Positions 1-11,587 of a stretch of 41,653 nt of DNA are shown in pieces. The notes under the pieces are model-generated. The model was not told the origin of the DNA. It made no database searches and worked only from the letters and a program-made list of their open reading frames with translations. Source of the DNA: Octopus sinensis (lineage: Eukaryota); contig NW_021835257.1 of the NCBI RefSeq assembly GCF_006345805.1, positions 1-41,653 of the forward strand, in the 5' to 3' direction. The first letter of the stretch is position 1, and every line of letters starts with the position of its first letter. The translations under genes and the position numbers were made by a program.

Positions 1-126
1 GCTGTTCGAGGTTGTCTTCTGGCAACTTCTGTAATGACACTGGTGCTAAATTGTAATGGCCATGCTGTTCCCTTGAACCCATCAGTGATGTGGAGAAGGA
101 GGACACACTGCATTAATGACAGATAG

Positions 127-236
127 AGGCCTGGGGATATAGTAGAAGACACTTGCCCAAGGTGTTGCACAGTGTGACAGAACCCAAAACCATGTTCTTG
201 CAATGTAAACTTCATAACTACACTGCCATACCTGTG
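127..236 (-). mobile_element. SINE family A, 5' fragment
   Basis: tagtagaagacacttgcccaaggtg is the reverse complement of the core caccttgggcaagtgtcttctacta seen at 1629-1653 and in other copies in the window. Confidence 0.8.
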
Positions 237-393
237 ACTCTGAGTTCTGCATTCACATTTTGCTGATGTCAACTTTGCCTTCTATCTCTTCAGGGTCTAT
301 AAAATAAATAACCAGTACTGTGTAATATTGTATCAATGAAGTCCTTCTCACAAAATTGTTGGCCTGGTGCCAAAACTGAAAAGAATTTTATTA
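237..393 (+). mobile_element. SINE family B, 3' part
   Basis: gtcaactttgccttctatctcttcagggtctataaaataaataaccagt resembles the reverse complement of the copies at 2306-2535 and 16985-17078. Confidence 0.7.
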
Positions 394-894
394 CAGATGC
401 CAATAAGAACCAGAATGTCCTATCTACAACAACAGCTAAAGTTATTAACTGAAGATATAAGCTACAAAAGAATGTCTATTGTACTGAACGACAAAGGAGT
501 GGTAACTTAGTAAAAGTGTGTTGTGATTATGTATTATTCCAATATTGTTCCCAATATCAGAATTTGTCACTTTTTCTCTGACTTCTCTCTGAATTTTCCC
601 CAACCCACCATTTGCCCTCTATCAATATTCTTAATATTCTTTACATTCTAAGACCTGACCTAGCTCACTCAACCCACCTCTTTCTTTACTTTATCTCACT
701 TTCAGTCAGCATCACATGCTACTCTGCTAATATTCTAAGATTATGGTCTTCATGTTCAGGCAACCTTTAATAATCTAATGTCAGACCTATCTACCACAGC
801 TCATCTCAGATTCAAGCAGCCTTAACTTGAAGAAGCTGGAGTTGTAGATCCAGCTGAAGGTTGACTGAATATCTATCTAACTTTATTTTATTCC

Positions 895-931
895 TTGTTT
901 CTATCAGTCTGTCTTTCTTTCTTTCTTTCTC

Positions 932-968
<37 letters not shown>

Positions 969-1104
969 TTTCTTTCTTTCTTTTTTCCCTTCTTCCTTTC
1001 TTTCTTTCTTTTTTTTTCTATATTTTTATCTATGTATCTATCCATCAATCTATTTGTCTTTCTATTTATTTATGAATCCATGTACCTATCTATCTATTTA
1101 TCTA

Positions 1105-1141
<37 letters not shown>

Positions 1142-1215
1142 TTATCTATCTATTTATCTATTTGTCTGTCTGTCAATTTATCTATCTATCAATTGATCAA
1201 TATCTCTTTCTGTCC
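895..1215. repeat. compound microsatellite (TTTC)n/(TCTA)n/(TCTG)n
   Basis: direct reading; explains ORFs 812..1048, 861..1196 and 895..1293. Confidence 0.95.
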
Positions 1216-1618
1216 GTCTGCCTTTTCATGTTATTAAAATGCTTATCAGAAGATAAGGGCAGCACTCATCATAAACTTTGCAGTCCATCTTAATCAGGTG
1301 AGACTGATATAGTTTATGTTCAGCTTTACCATACACAGGTACAACATAGGCAGGAAAGAAAATTCAAAAGACTGCAGTTCTGAAGATGAAATGACTGACT
1401 GAAGTTTTCAGTGCCTAGGAGATGGGACACTAAGAATTGCAGAAAATGAACAGTGGCTAATTCAGAGAAAGATTGTAGTTGTAGCAGAGAGGGGAGGGAG
1501 TGAGAGAGAGAGGAGTCAAGCAGTGTGAGCCAAAGATCAAGGTATGTTGGTGACTGATTCACTGTCAATGTGTTGAATGGCCTTTATTTTGGGATGTGGC
1601 TTTAGATGTTTCTGTGTG

Positions 1619-1956
1619 CACTGCGTAGCACCTTGGGCAAGTGTCTTCTACTATAGCCTCGAGCTGACCAAAGCCTTGTGAGTGGATTCGGTAGACGGAA
1701 ACTGAAAGAAGCTTGTTGTATATATGTATATATATGTATGTGTGTGTATGTGTTTGTCCCCCTAGCATTGCTTGACAACCGATGCTGGTGTGTTTATGTC
1801 CCCGTCATTTGGCGGTTCGGCAAGGGAGACCAATAGAATAAGTACTGGGCTTACAAAGAATAAGTCCCGGGGTCGAATTGCTTGATTAAAGGCGGTGCTC
1901 CAGCATGGCTGCAGTCAAATGACTGAAACAAGTAAAAAGAATAAAAAAGAAAAGAA
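1619..1956 (+). mobile_element. SINE family A, near-complete body and tail
   Basis: gcaccttgggcaagtgtcttctactatag ... aaagccttgtgagtggatt ... internal TA/TG tract ... ggcggtgctccagcatggc ... tgaaacaagtaaaaagaataa; an antiparallel copy lies at 17816-18207. Confidence 0.85.
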
Positions 1957-2305
1957 ATATGAGCAGTGTTCCGATGGGGGCTATAATTCAGTTATTGGAA
2001 AATCAATAACTGATCAGAAACCTTAGTCTTTATACTGCAGTTCTGGCAATCCTTTACTCGTGAATTCTGTATAAGAGACCATTTGAGCAACTTCAAAGGT
2101 TTTAGCTGCATGTTGTTTATAATAAGAGAAGGTAAGGTACCAGACTGTTTCTTTTTGATCATCATCATTGTTTCAGTGTTCACTTTTCCATTCTTACGAG
2201 GGTAAGACTAAATTTTGTTGAGGTAGAATTTCTACAGCTGGTTGCCCTTCCTGTTGCCAACCCTTACCTGTTTCCATGGAAGATTGGAAATGAAGGACAC
2301 TTCTT

Positions 2306-2535
2306 ACTTCTTTATTGCCCATAAGGGCTAAACATAGAGGGGTCAAACAAAGATGGACAATGGGATTAAGTCAATTACATTGAGCCCAGTGCGTAACTGG
2401 TACTTAATTTATCGGCCCCAAAAGGGTGAACGGTAAAGTGGACCTTGGCAGAATTTGAACTCAGAACGTAACAGCAGACGAAATACCACTAAGCATTTTG
2501 CCCAGTGTGCTAACATTTCTGCCAGCTCACCGCCT
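2306..2535 (-). mobile_element. SINE family B, full length, with 18-bp TSD
   Basis: minus strand starts aggcggtgagctggcagaaatgttagcac and has a B-box-like gagttcaaattc; exact direct repeat aaatgaaggacacttctt at 2288-2305 and 2536-2553. Confidence 0.9.
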
Positions 2536-2627
2536 AAATGAAGGACACTTCTTGCCAACAGTGACACACAATTACAACCATCACATGAAGTCAAGGCAAG
2601 GTGTCAGTAACACTCACACACACACAC

Positions 2628-2664
<37 letters not shown>

Positions 2665-2947
2665 TGTATATAAAATGTAGGTAGTTAGGGTAATTCCCAG
2701 ATGTTTCCTCTTGATGCACATCTGCTTCATCCAATATGTAGTCCCAATTACTGCTGTATGTTAGTTCAAAATTCATATTAAAATTGAGAATTATGGAAAT
2801 ACCATTTGCAGAGTTATTGTATAACAAAACAAGTTATTGAAACATTTTTGGTGTTACTCACCATTACACATGTTCCATTTGCTAACAGGAATTACAAATT
2901 AGAAAATTGCTATTTTTAAATCTCACAATGGGAGATAATCAGCAGTA

Positions 2948-3280
2948 TTGGAGTAAAGGTTGTTTGCCAATGTAACATAGCAGTCCTGGTTTAGGACAAA
3001 GTTATTGCAATTTTGCCCCATGAAACATCATCTCCAACTGGCTATACAACACAATCTGTGTCCTTACAATTTTCGATGTGCTGATGAGAGAAATAACCTG
3101 GAAGTCACAGATATTGTTTTGAGCTGAGTTGGGGTGCTAGATTCCCTTGTTCGAAAAATGTAAGGACAAAGATCGTGTAGTATAACCAGCTGGAGACAAT
3201 GTCTCCTGGACCTAAATTACAGCAACATTCATCCTAAACCAGGACTACCATGTTACGCTGGCAAACAACCTTTACTCCAG
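2948..3280. mobile_element. fold-back/MITE-like element with ~130-bp inverted arms
   Basis: ggagtaaaggttgtttgccaatgtaacatagcagtcctggtttagga (2950-) pairs with tcctaaaccaggactaccatgttacgctggcaaacaacctttactcc (-3278); pairing continues inward to 3076/3151. Confidence 0.85.
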
Positions 3281-3462
3281 GAATTACAAAGTTCTACATG
3301 TTAGATAGCTATGTAAGAAATTTTCTATTAGAAATTCTCCACATCAAAATGTAACTAATTTTTGTCTTTGTGTCTGTGTGTGTGCATGCATGTGTGTCTG
3401 TGTGTGTGTATTTGTGTGATATATGTATGTATAAAAATGAGTAAGTATTCAAATGAATATTC

Positions 3463-3484
3463 ATATTATTATTATTATTATTAA

Positions 3485-3536
<52 letters not shown>

Positions 3537-3537
3537 G
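3463..3537. repeat. (ATT)n microsatellite
   Basis: direct reading; source of the poly-N and poly-I ORFs. Confidence 0.95.
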
Positions 3538-3640
3538 TCGTCATCAGCAGTAAATATAAAGAATTGATAATAACAACAATTATTATTTATATTAGTGGCC
3601 AGCAAGCAATAATAGCATTAAATTTCTATACAATAAAAAT

Positions 3641-3794
3641 TATAATTATAATAGAGGGTAGACAAAGCACCAGCTTGCTAGATATGAGTTACAAGCCACC
3701 ATTATGTTTTTCAGTGTGATTAGTGGCTTATTTGAGGTTTTTAACTCTCATATATAGCAAGCTGGTACTTCGTGTACACTCTATTATAATTATA
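3641..3794. repeat. short inverted-repeat element (~48-bp arms)
   Basis: tataattataatagagggtagacaaagcaccagcttgctagatatgag versus ctcatatatagcaagctggtacttcgtgtacactctattataattata. Confidence 0.8.
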
Positions 3795-3825
3795 TATGAT
3801 GTGTGTATGTATAAATATATATGTA

Positions 3826-3866
<41 letters not shown>

Positions 3867-3879
3867 TATATATATATAA

Positions 3880-5380
3880 AAGTAGAAAAAACACCTTTTA
3901 TCAATTCAAAATGAACAATTAAATTACACCATCTAGAAAATTACATATAATAGAAATATTAAAATTAAAATAACAATAAAATGTCAATGATTAAGTAAAT
4001 TGCAAAAACATAATAATAAAAATGTATATAATTTGTAGAAAAATGACACGTGTTTCGTGGCTATATTTAAGAAATGATTGTAGTAGTAGAGAAATCACTT
4101 AGATATAAATATAGTCACTCATCAGGTTAAAAATAAACTAGAACAATAAAATAATTAATTAATAAATATACTTCAATATATATATATATACGAAAATACT
4201 AAATATACATAAGTGAAAACTAAAACAATACTTAAATTATTAAATACTTTAAAATTAAATAAAATACACAAAGCTAGTGCAAGTCATTAAATTGTAATCA
4301 AAATAAGAAATGGTTCAAATATAGACAAACTCCTTAAATAAGCTAACCATATAATAAATATACATGTGTAGTATCTATAGATTTAATATAACAATCTATA
4401 ACAAAGTTGACTAAATATCAAATAATATAATACCTAATTAACTTGAAATTTAATACTACAAATAAATAAGCCACCTAATAATTAAATACTATATTGTCTG
4501 ACGAAATTAATTCTTAATTAAATTAAATGTAATTCGTTACATCCCTTTATATATAAATATATATATATATATTAAAAAAAAAAGAGATATAAGAATTAAT
4601 ATCTATCGTAACTTATATCTATCAATATGTATAAAAAGATATAATAGTGAGAATAATATGTTAATGGAAACTAAGAAAACCTATCAACCCCAAAATTAAA
4701 GAAAGGTGCAAAAATATTAGAACCAAAGAACAATACACTAAGATGTACAATCACAATCACCAGTCCTATACAAAACCAGTCAATAACAATAACAATAATG
4801 ATCACGATCAAACTCAAAATAATAACAAGATCTAACCAATATTGATAAACAAATTAAATTACTAAGTTCAACAATTAAGTTAATCTATCTGGATTTTAAA
4901 TTTATTAATATGTTTTAGCATCTAATTAATATACTCAATACAATTCCTCTTCATGAATAATGCAATAAAAAATTAGAAATAGTACAAATATACTCAAATC
5001 CATTATATTAACTAGTTATATTAATATCCATGTATAATATCTATAGATTTAATATATCACACGATAAAAAAATTAAACATAAACTTTATATTAAAATAAA
5101 AACTAGTTTATTTAAAAATAATACTACTTAATGAAAATATTATCTAATTATTAAAAGAAATATAGTCAAACAATATTAATTCTCAAATTAAATAAGATGT
5201 AAAACATTAAAATCCTTTATAATAATTAAAGGATAACATATCCAATATTGAACGTAAAAAATACTATCAAGAAACTATAAATAAATAATAATATTACAAC
5301 AATAATAACAACAATAGTATTAATATTTCGAAAACACAATGAAATAGAGAAACGATAAAATGTCAAACTTAACTTTGCAA
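3880..5380. repeat. very AT-rich tract starting at a (TA)n run; left part is a probable Penelope-like pseudo-LTR remnant
   Basis: abuts (TA)n at 3830-3878 and carries the hammerhead motif; no coding signal recognised in the remainder. Confidence 0.4.
4042..4128 (-). ncRNA. minimal type I hammerhead ribozyme motif (PLE-associated), stem I damaged
   Basis: minus strand: AAC-CUGAUGA-GUGACUAUAUUUA...UAAAUAUAGCCAC-GAAA-C-ACGU-G-UC-AUU; 13-bp stem II with 1 mismatch and G10.1-C11.1; palindromic stem III ACACGUGU. Confidence 0.7.
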
Positions 5381-5381
5381 A

Positions 5382-6144
5382 GTGAAAGAGATGACTGCGC
5401 TGGAATGGTCAGGTGATGTGTATGGACAAAGACGGTTGCGTGAAGAAGTACTGATCTCTAACTGTAGAGGGAACCTGTGGTAGATGTAGACCCAGGAAGA
5501 CATGGGACAAGGTGGTGAAGCATGATCTTCAAACTTTGAGTCTCACAGAGGCAATGACTGGTGATTGAGACCTTTTGGGATGTGCTGTGCTTGAGAGGAC
5601 CTGTCAAGCCAGCTGCACCCATGCTGATGGCACATAAAGAACATTTTTAAATGTAGGGGCTCACAGAGGCAAAGTGGCTGAGTTCCTCTTGAGTGTTGAG
5701 CCTGGTGGAGGCAAAGTGGCTGAGTTTCTTTCCAGTGTTGGGCGTCATGGAGGCAAAGTAACTGAGTTCCCTTTAAGTGTTGGGCCTCACAGCGGCAATG
5801 GCAAAGACCTTTGGCATTTTGTCATGCTTGAGAAGAAGACTCATCAAGCTGAGCAAAATTGCAGTTGTGACAGATACAAGTGTCATGCAAATTGGCACCC
5901 ATGCCGGTGCTATGTAAATGTACTCTGGTGTCACACAAATGGCACTCATGCTAGAGGCATGTAAAAGCACTCATTACACTCTTGGAGTGGTTAGTGTTAG
6001 GAAGGGCATCCAGCCATAGAAAACCACACCAAATTAGACTGGAGTCTGGTGCAGCCTTCCAAACATACCAGCCCAGTCAAACCGTCCAACCCATGCCAGC
6101 ATGGACAATGGATGTTAAATGATGATAATGATGATGATGATGAT
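5382..6144 (+). mobile_element. 5'-truncated RTE LINE (ORF C-terminus, 3' UTR, (GAT)n tail)
   Basis: encodes GTCGRCRPRKTWDKVVKHDL, matching the C-terminus of the 28775-33225 element; shared tail gttaggaagggcatccagcc...ccgtccaaccc...gatgatgat. Confidence 0.85.
5666..5800 (+). repeat. 42-bp tandem repeat, about 3 copies, in RTE 3' UTR
   Basis: gaggcaaagt-like starts at 5666, 5708, 5750 and 5792; gives the 14-aa periodicity of ORF 5674..5964. Confidence 0.85.
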
Positions 6145-6814
6145 GTATATGTGTGTGTGTATATATGTATATGAATATGTGTATATATGCATATGTATAT
6201 GTGTTTATATGTATATATATATGTGTGTGTGTACATATATATGTATGTGTGCATGAGTGTGTTTGCATATATGTACCTATATAAAGGTATATCTGTGCGT
6301 GAATGTGTGTGTGTGTGTGTGTGTGTGTGTCGCTCTCTTTTTTCTTCATTTCACTGGGGCTGTCTGTGCTGCTCCTGATTACTATTTAGATATTAACACT
6401 TCATCCAAATATGAAATTTGTATTATTTTTCTGTCTGAAGAATTTCTAATAGGGAATTATTTACATGTTTATCTAACATGTATAACTCTGTAATTCTTAT
6501 TAGCATATGGAACACATGCAAGAACAGCCAAAACAAACCTCTCTGGTGCTGACAGTGAAGCCTCATATAGTCTTCTGCCTTGCTATCTTCTGTCAACTTA
6601 TCTTATCCCATGTATGCCAGCATGGCGGGCAGACATCAAAAGACGATAATGATGGTGATATGTATGTGTGTGTGTGTAAGAAAAGAGATGACAAAAGAAT
6701 AAAAAATTATCTTATGAACTTCATTGGCTTACAGCTGTTTCCACTTCAAGATGCTGTGGACTCATAGTTGAGTGCCTGAGTAAGACCTTATATAATATAG
6801 GTGTATATATATAT

Positions 6815-6860
<46 letters not shown>

Positions 6861-6868
<8 letters not shown>

Positions 6869-7017
6869 TGAAAGAATGGAGTTGAACGACGATTTAACAA
6901 AATTCCTTTATTTTCGACATATGTTTCGAAGGCTGCATATTCCTAATTTCGAAGGAATAAGATTTAACAAAATTCCTTTTGTTAAATCGTCATTCAACTC
7001 CATTCTTTCATTTATTT
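6861..7017. repeat. TA-flanked fold-back with internal direct repeat
   Basis: aaataatgaaagaatggagttgaacgacgatttaacaaaa pairs with 6977-7017; 19-bp direct repeat gatttaacaaaattccttt at 6891 and 6961. Confidence 0.85.
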
Positions 7018-7264
7018 GTATTAAAAAAACACACAAATTTCCACGTGAAAGCACGTGATCTCTGCCCTTGGCATGTAGCTTCAACCATGTTTTTCTGACG
7101 TGAATTTGCTACCCAGGTATCGATTAACTGAATTATCCATACTAAGATAATTCATTCAACTACTTATATATATATATATACACACACACATATGTGTGTG
7201 TGTGTGCATGTGTGTATAAATATATATATATATGTAAATATGTATATGTATATATGAATATATA

Positions 7265-7415
7265 TGTTTTTCAGAATTGTCTAGCAAATCCACTCATATG
7301 ACTTTGCTTTGCCCAGGACTAGAGTAGAAGACACTTGCCCAAGGTTTATGCCATAGCACTGAACTTGAATCTATATGGTTGGGTAGCAAATGTCTTAACC
7401 ATACAGTCTCACACA
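7265..7415 (-). mobile_element. SINE family A fragment
   Basis: caaatccactca...agtagaagacacttgcccaagg...cttaaccatacag. Confidence 0.75.
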
Positions 7416-7896
7416 GACACCTGCAAAATTATATGTATAAATTAAGATAGGAGTACAAAAAGTGTCTTTGCCCATGGCCACTGAAAATTATTGGTATTGC
7501 ACTACCTGTTCATTGTGGGTCAAACAGGAATGTATGCTGATATCATGTTTTTAGGAGTTTGCTTGTATACATTGATGTACACAGTGAAGACTGGGGGAGA
7601 TATTGCCAAACATGAAATAGAATAGATTTAATAGAGTGTCAGTCAAACAGGAAATTTCCTGACCAAAGGGTGACTAAATGATAGTAAGTAGATAAGCCAA
7701 CCAGGAAGTTTTTATATTAGGCTAAGTTCTAAAGCTGTGCTGATGTCTCATGCAACAATATCATTTTAATCGCATATCTCTAGAATAAGGGACCACATTC
7801 AAGTAGCATAAGAGAGTTAGCCTCCAGTCTTCCTCTCTCTCTCTCCCTCTCTCTCTCTCCCTCTCTCTCTCTTTCTCCCCCTCTCTCTCTCTGTTG

Positions 7897-7981
<85 letters not shown>

Positions 7982-8148
7982 ATCTATGTAACTAGCTATT
8001 TGTCTGCTTGTTTGCCTATCTTTCTATCTACTGAGCTAACCATTAATTTTACAATCTATTTCTCTCTCTCTCTCTTTCTCTTTCTCTCTTTATATATATG
8101 CATGTGTGTGTATGTGTATGTATACACACACACACACACACACACACA

Positions 8149-9002
8149 CAGGGTGCAATGGGTAAATTGTTGCCATTTTACATTTTTAATTTCATGAATG
8201 CACATTGTTTGTTTTTGATTTTGTTGACTACACAATATAGTAGGGTCAGTTAGGCACCATCTGCGACAAAAAAAAACAGCACCATGACGCAATACTCTGC
8301 CAGAAATTTGGAAACAACATGCTGTACTGCCTGACATTTGCACTGGAAGCTCCAATATGAACATTTCAGAGTGTTTGGATATCAATGTGATGACAGTGCA
8401 GTCTGAGGACATGTACCAAGAGTGATAAAAATAAAAAAATCCAGTCAACATCACGGTGTTTGGAGTGAACACTAGTCATGGCGATATCATGCCTCCATTA
8501 CGTTAAGTGCTTGGAGGAGCTAGTGCTAGCCCGAGTCAAGAGGGTAGCTGCTGGAAGACACTACGTCTGGTTACAGGTCTCTGCACCATGCCAGACATGT
8601 AGGAAAACCCAGTCATGACTGTCAGACAATTTCTGCGACCACATCACCCCTAACATCTAGCCACCTAACTCCCCAGACTACAGCCCCCTTGTTTATTATG
8701 TGTGGGGTGCAGTTGAGGGAGATACCAACAAAACTCCTTGCAACAGCAAAGATGAAATGAAGGCATGGGTTATGGCAGCATTCACCAACTTTATAAAGGT
8801 GACCAACCAGAAGAGTTGCAGGAGATTCCAAAGTCGTCTGGAGGCCATGGTTGAAGCAAATGGCGATTTTATTGAAAAATTTACTCTTTAGTATTTCATG
8901 ATTTTTTTACGTAATTTTGGTAATATATATCTGTTAAAATGAGATATCAATCTTATTTTCATTTTTGTGTAATTTAGGCGACAATATATTTACTGCACCC
9001 TG
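8149..9002 (+). mobile_element. internally deleted Tc1/mariner (DD37D/maT-type) element
   Basis: TIRs cagggtgcaatgggtaaattgttgcc / ggcgacaatatatttactgcaccctg followed by TA; relic peptide DHITPNI*PPNSPDYSPLVYYVWGAVE. Confidence 0.85.
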
Positions 9003-9005
9003 TAT

Positions 9006-9080
<75 letters not shown>

Positions 9081-9086
<6 letters not shown>

Positions 9087-9200
9087 TAGTTATCACCATA
9101 CTAATATGGCAGTCTATAAATATAAGACTAAAGCTGTCGCTGATTAGCTTTAGTCTTATATTTATAGACTGCCATATTAGTATGGTGATAATTATTAATA
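9081..9200. repeat. near-perfect 55-bp hairpin, 10-nt loop
   Basis: 9081-9135 is the reverse complement of 9146-9200 with 1 mismatch; loop gtcgctgatt; lies between (TA)n tracts. Confidence 0.95.
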
Positions 9201-9257
9201 TCCAGTAACGCTGCCGTAATCTCCTTTAGAGAGACTTAGTAATTTTAATATTTCTAT

Positions 9258-9293
<36 letters not shown>

Positions 9294-9299
9294 ATCCAG

Positions 9300-9342
9300 C
9301 CAACAAGCCAGCAAAGCATCTATCTATCTATCTATCTATCTA

Positions 9343-9373
<31 letters not shown>

Positions 9374-9828
9374 ATCTATCTATCTATCAATCTATCTATC
9401 TAACTATCTGTCCCTCTATCTAGTTCTCTATCATTCAGTTTGTCTTTCTAACCATCCATCCACCCAACCATCCTTCCATCCATCCATGCATCCATCCATG
9501 CATCTGCTTATCTGTCTATCAAAATATGAGTCGATTGATTAAGTGACAGAACCTATGTTGCTTTGTGTTTGTTTAACAATTGAAACCTGTTGTCATTGTA
9601 CAATCAATATCAAGCTGCTACCTCGAACTGATACACTTGGATGGCTATCTTTTCCCCCACTTACTTTCTCTCTCTTTCTCTCTCTCTCTTTTCCTCTCTA
9701 TCTCTCTCTCTCATACATGCATGCATATATTCATACATACATACATACATACATACATACATACATACATACATACATACATACATACATGCATACATAC
9801 ATACATAGATACGTATTTGTGTGTGTGT

Positions 9829-9864
<36 letters not shown>

Positions 9865-10000
9865 CATGTATGCATGTATGTATGTATGTATGTATGTATG
9901 TATGTATGTATGTATGATGTATGTATGTATGAATGTATGTGTGTGTATGTGTGTGTGTAGATAGATAGATAGACGATAGATAGATAGATAGATAGATAGT

Positions 10001-10033
<33 letters not shown>

Positions 10034-10052
10034 GATAGATAGATAGATAGAT

Positions 10053-10090
<38 letters not shown>

Positions 10091-10100
10091 CTGACAGATA
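9300..10100. repeat. compound microsatellite block (TCTA, TCCA, TC, TACA/TATG, GATA)
   Basis: direct reading. Confidence 0.9.
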
Positions 10101-10834
10101 GACAGGCAGATACTCAGGAACAAGGCCATGTTTTGAAAAAGATACAGGTTGACTAGATTAACCACAATATATTACTGGTATTTGTTTTATTAATTGAAAC
10201 TAAAACATTGTAAATATTTAATCTTATTCAGTTTAAAGTTTGACAGCATCAAAAGAATCTGCATCCTTTGATCATGTTGTTACATTGACAACAGAGCTAT
10301 GGAAGGTGAAAGCATATCAGATGCGATTTGAACTTAGAACATAGAAGGATGATATCAAACTTGCTTTATTCACATGTGGTTTCCCTAGAGGTTGCACTTA
10401 TTACAAGGGAGATAATAATTTCTTTGTAATATTTGATGGGATTAAAAATTTGAGTTTAAATAAAGGAATTATAAGGAATTAGTTTACTGGTTTTCAGCTA
10501 TCCATGTTTGGCCATGCTGGGGCACCAACTTTAAGGGGTTTGGTTTAATTGGTGGATTTGTTGGCATTTTGGAAGAAGTGCTTTAATGATGGACTATTGT
10601 TCCATCCCTTTGTGTCATGAATTAAAATCTTGTTAGGGTCTGTTGTGGCTTTCATACTTTTGTGATTGCTATATCATGTATCAATCAAATACTAGGTAAA
10701 TTATTCTCTTTCTCTCTTTCTCTCTTTCTTTCTTTCCTTCTTTCTTTCTCTCTCTCTCTCATTTTTTCTATTTGTCTATCTGTCTCTCTTTTTCACTTTT
10801 TTTCTTTTTATCCCTCTTTCAGATTTAGCTATAG

Positions 10835-11210
10835 CCAACAAGATAGTGTTGATCCAGTTCTGGTTGCAGTTGGTGACTTGTGTATCTCAATGACACAGAG
10901 AGCTATGCCAGTAAAATGCAAGCTCTTGTTACAACCACCACCCATGCCTGACTGGTCAAAGGATAAAGGCCAGATAAGCTCTTCCCAGAGATGAAAATGG
11001 GCTTATGTAGGGCCAGACCCAATTTTATGTCCTACCTAACCTGAAAAAAAAAAATGTTACAGAAGCTTCAATGATATTTCAAAACCAACAAAACCCAGGA
11101 GAGGAAGGTCTTCTCTCAGGAGCATAGGCCACATATTAAGGACAACCCAGAGTTGAGAAAAGTTGTTAATGGTCTATGCTCCATAGGGAATGAAGGGCTT
11201 AAATAAGTAA
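10835..11210 (+). mobile_element. possible short non-autonomous RTE derivative (5'-UTR-like and 3'-end-like parts)
   Basis: 5' part gagagctatgccag...cccatgcctgactggtcaaaggataaaggccaga and 3' end ggtctatgctccatagggaatgaagggcttaaataagtaa resemble RTE leader and BovB-like tail motifs from memory only. Confidence 0.35.
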
Positions 11211-11491
11211 CAAGATAGAGTTTTCTAAAAAATACTGGGAAGGAAGATAAAAGGAGATACCTTTTGTATTCTCCAGCAGGACTTCATGACAATCATGTAG
11301 CACTTGTTAAGGAAATCATTATGGTTTGATCTGGTTACAGAACGATGCATCATTCTACTTCTTTTACCAAGCAACCTCAGTACATCTTTCAATTGGATAA
11401 TTATTTTATAAATCTCTATCAAATAATTAATAGACCATTTTGATGGGATGATATGTATCTTGACGTGTCGTTTTTTGCTTGCAGGCAGTCC

Positions 11492-11587
11492 GGGGCTATA
11501 GTAGAGGGCATTTACCCTAGGTGCCATGTAATCAGGTTCAGTCTCATTGCATGGAACCTTGAGCTAGTATTGTTCACCTATAGCCCC
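11492..11587. repeat. head-to-head SINE A fragments forming a hairpin
   Basis: ggggctatag...ccatgtaa versus ttgcatgg...ctatagcccc. Confidence 0.65.

Noticed and set aside
820-826. In-frame TAA in a candidate exon rescued by A-to-I editing to Trp
   Set aside because: Needs two edits, there is no evidence the exon is real, and no nearby complementary sequence was identified
2440-2535. tRNA gene (also SINE heads at ~26240-26320 and ~36020-36080)
   Set aside because: A/B-box-like motifs only; no cloverleaf, and most continue into SINE bodies
3077-3160. CTGATGA in the spacer of the 2948-3280 fold-back followed by a distant GAAA
   Set aside because: Stems I and III do not form; a 7-mer match is plausible by chance
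5674-5964. 96-aa ORF with a 14-aa repeat
   Set aside because: Translation of the 42-bp tandem repeat in an RTE 3' UTR
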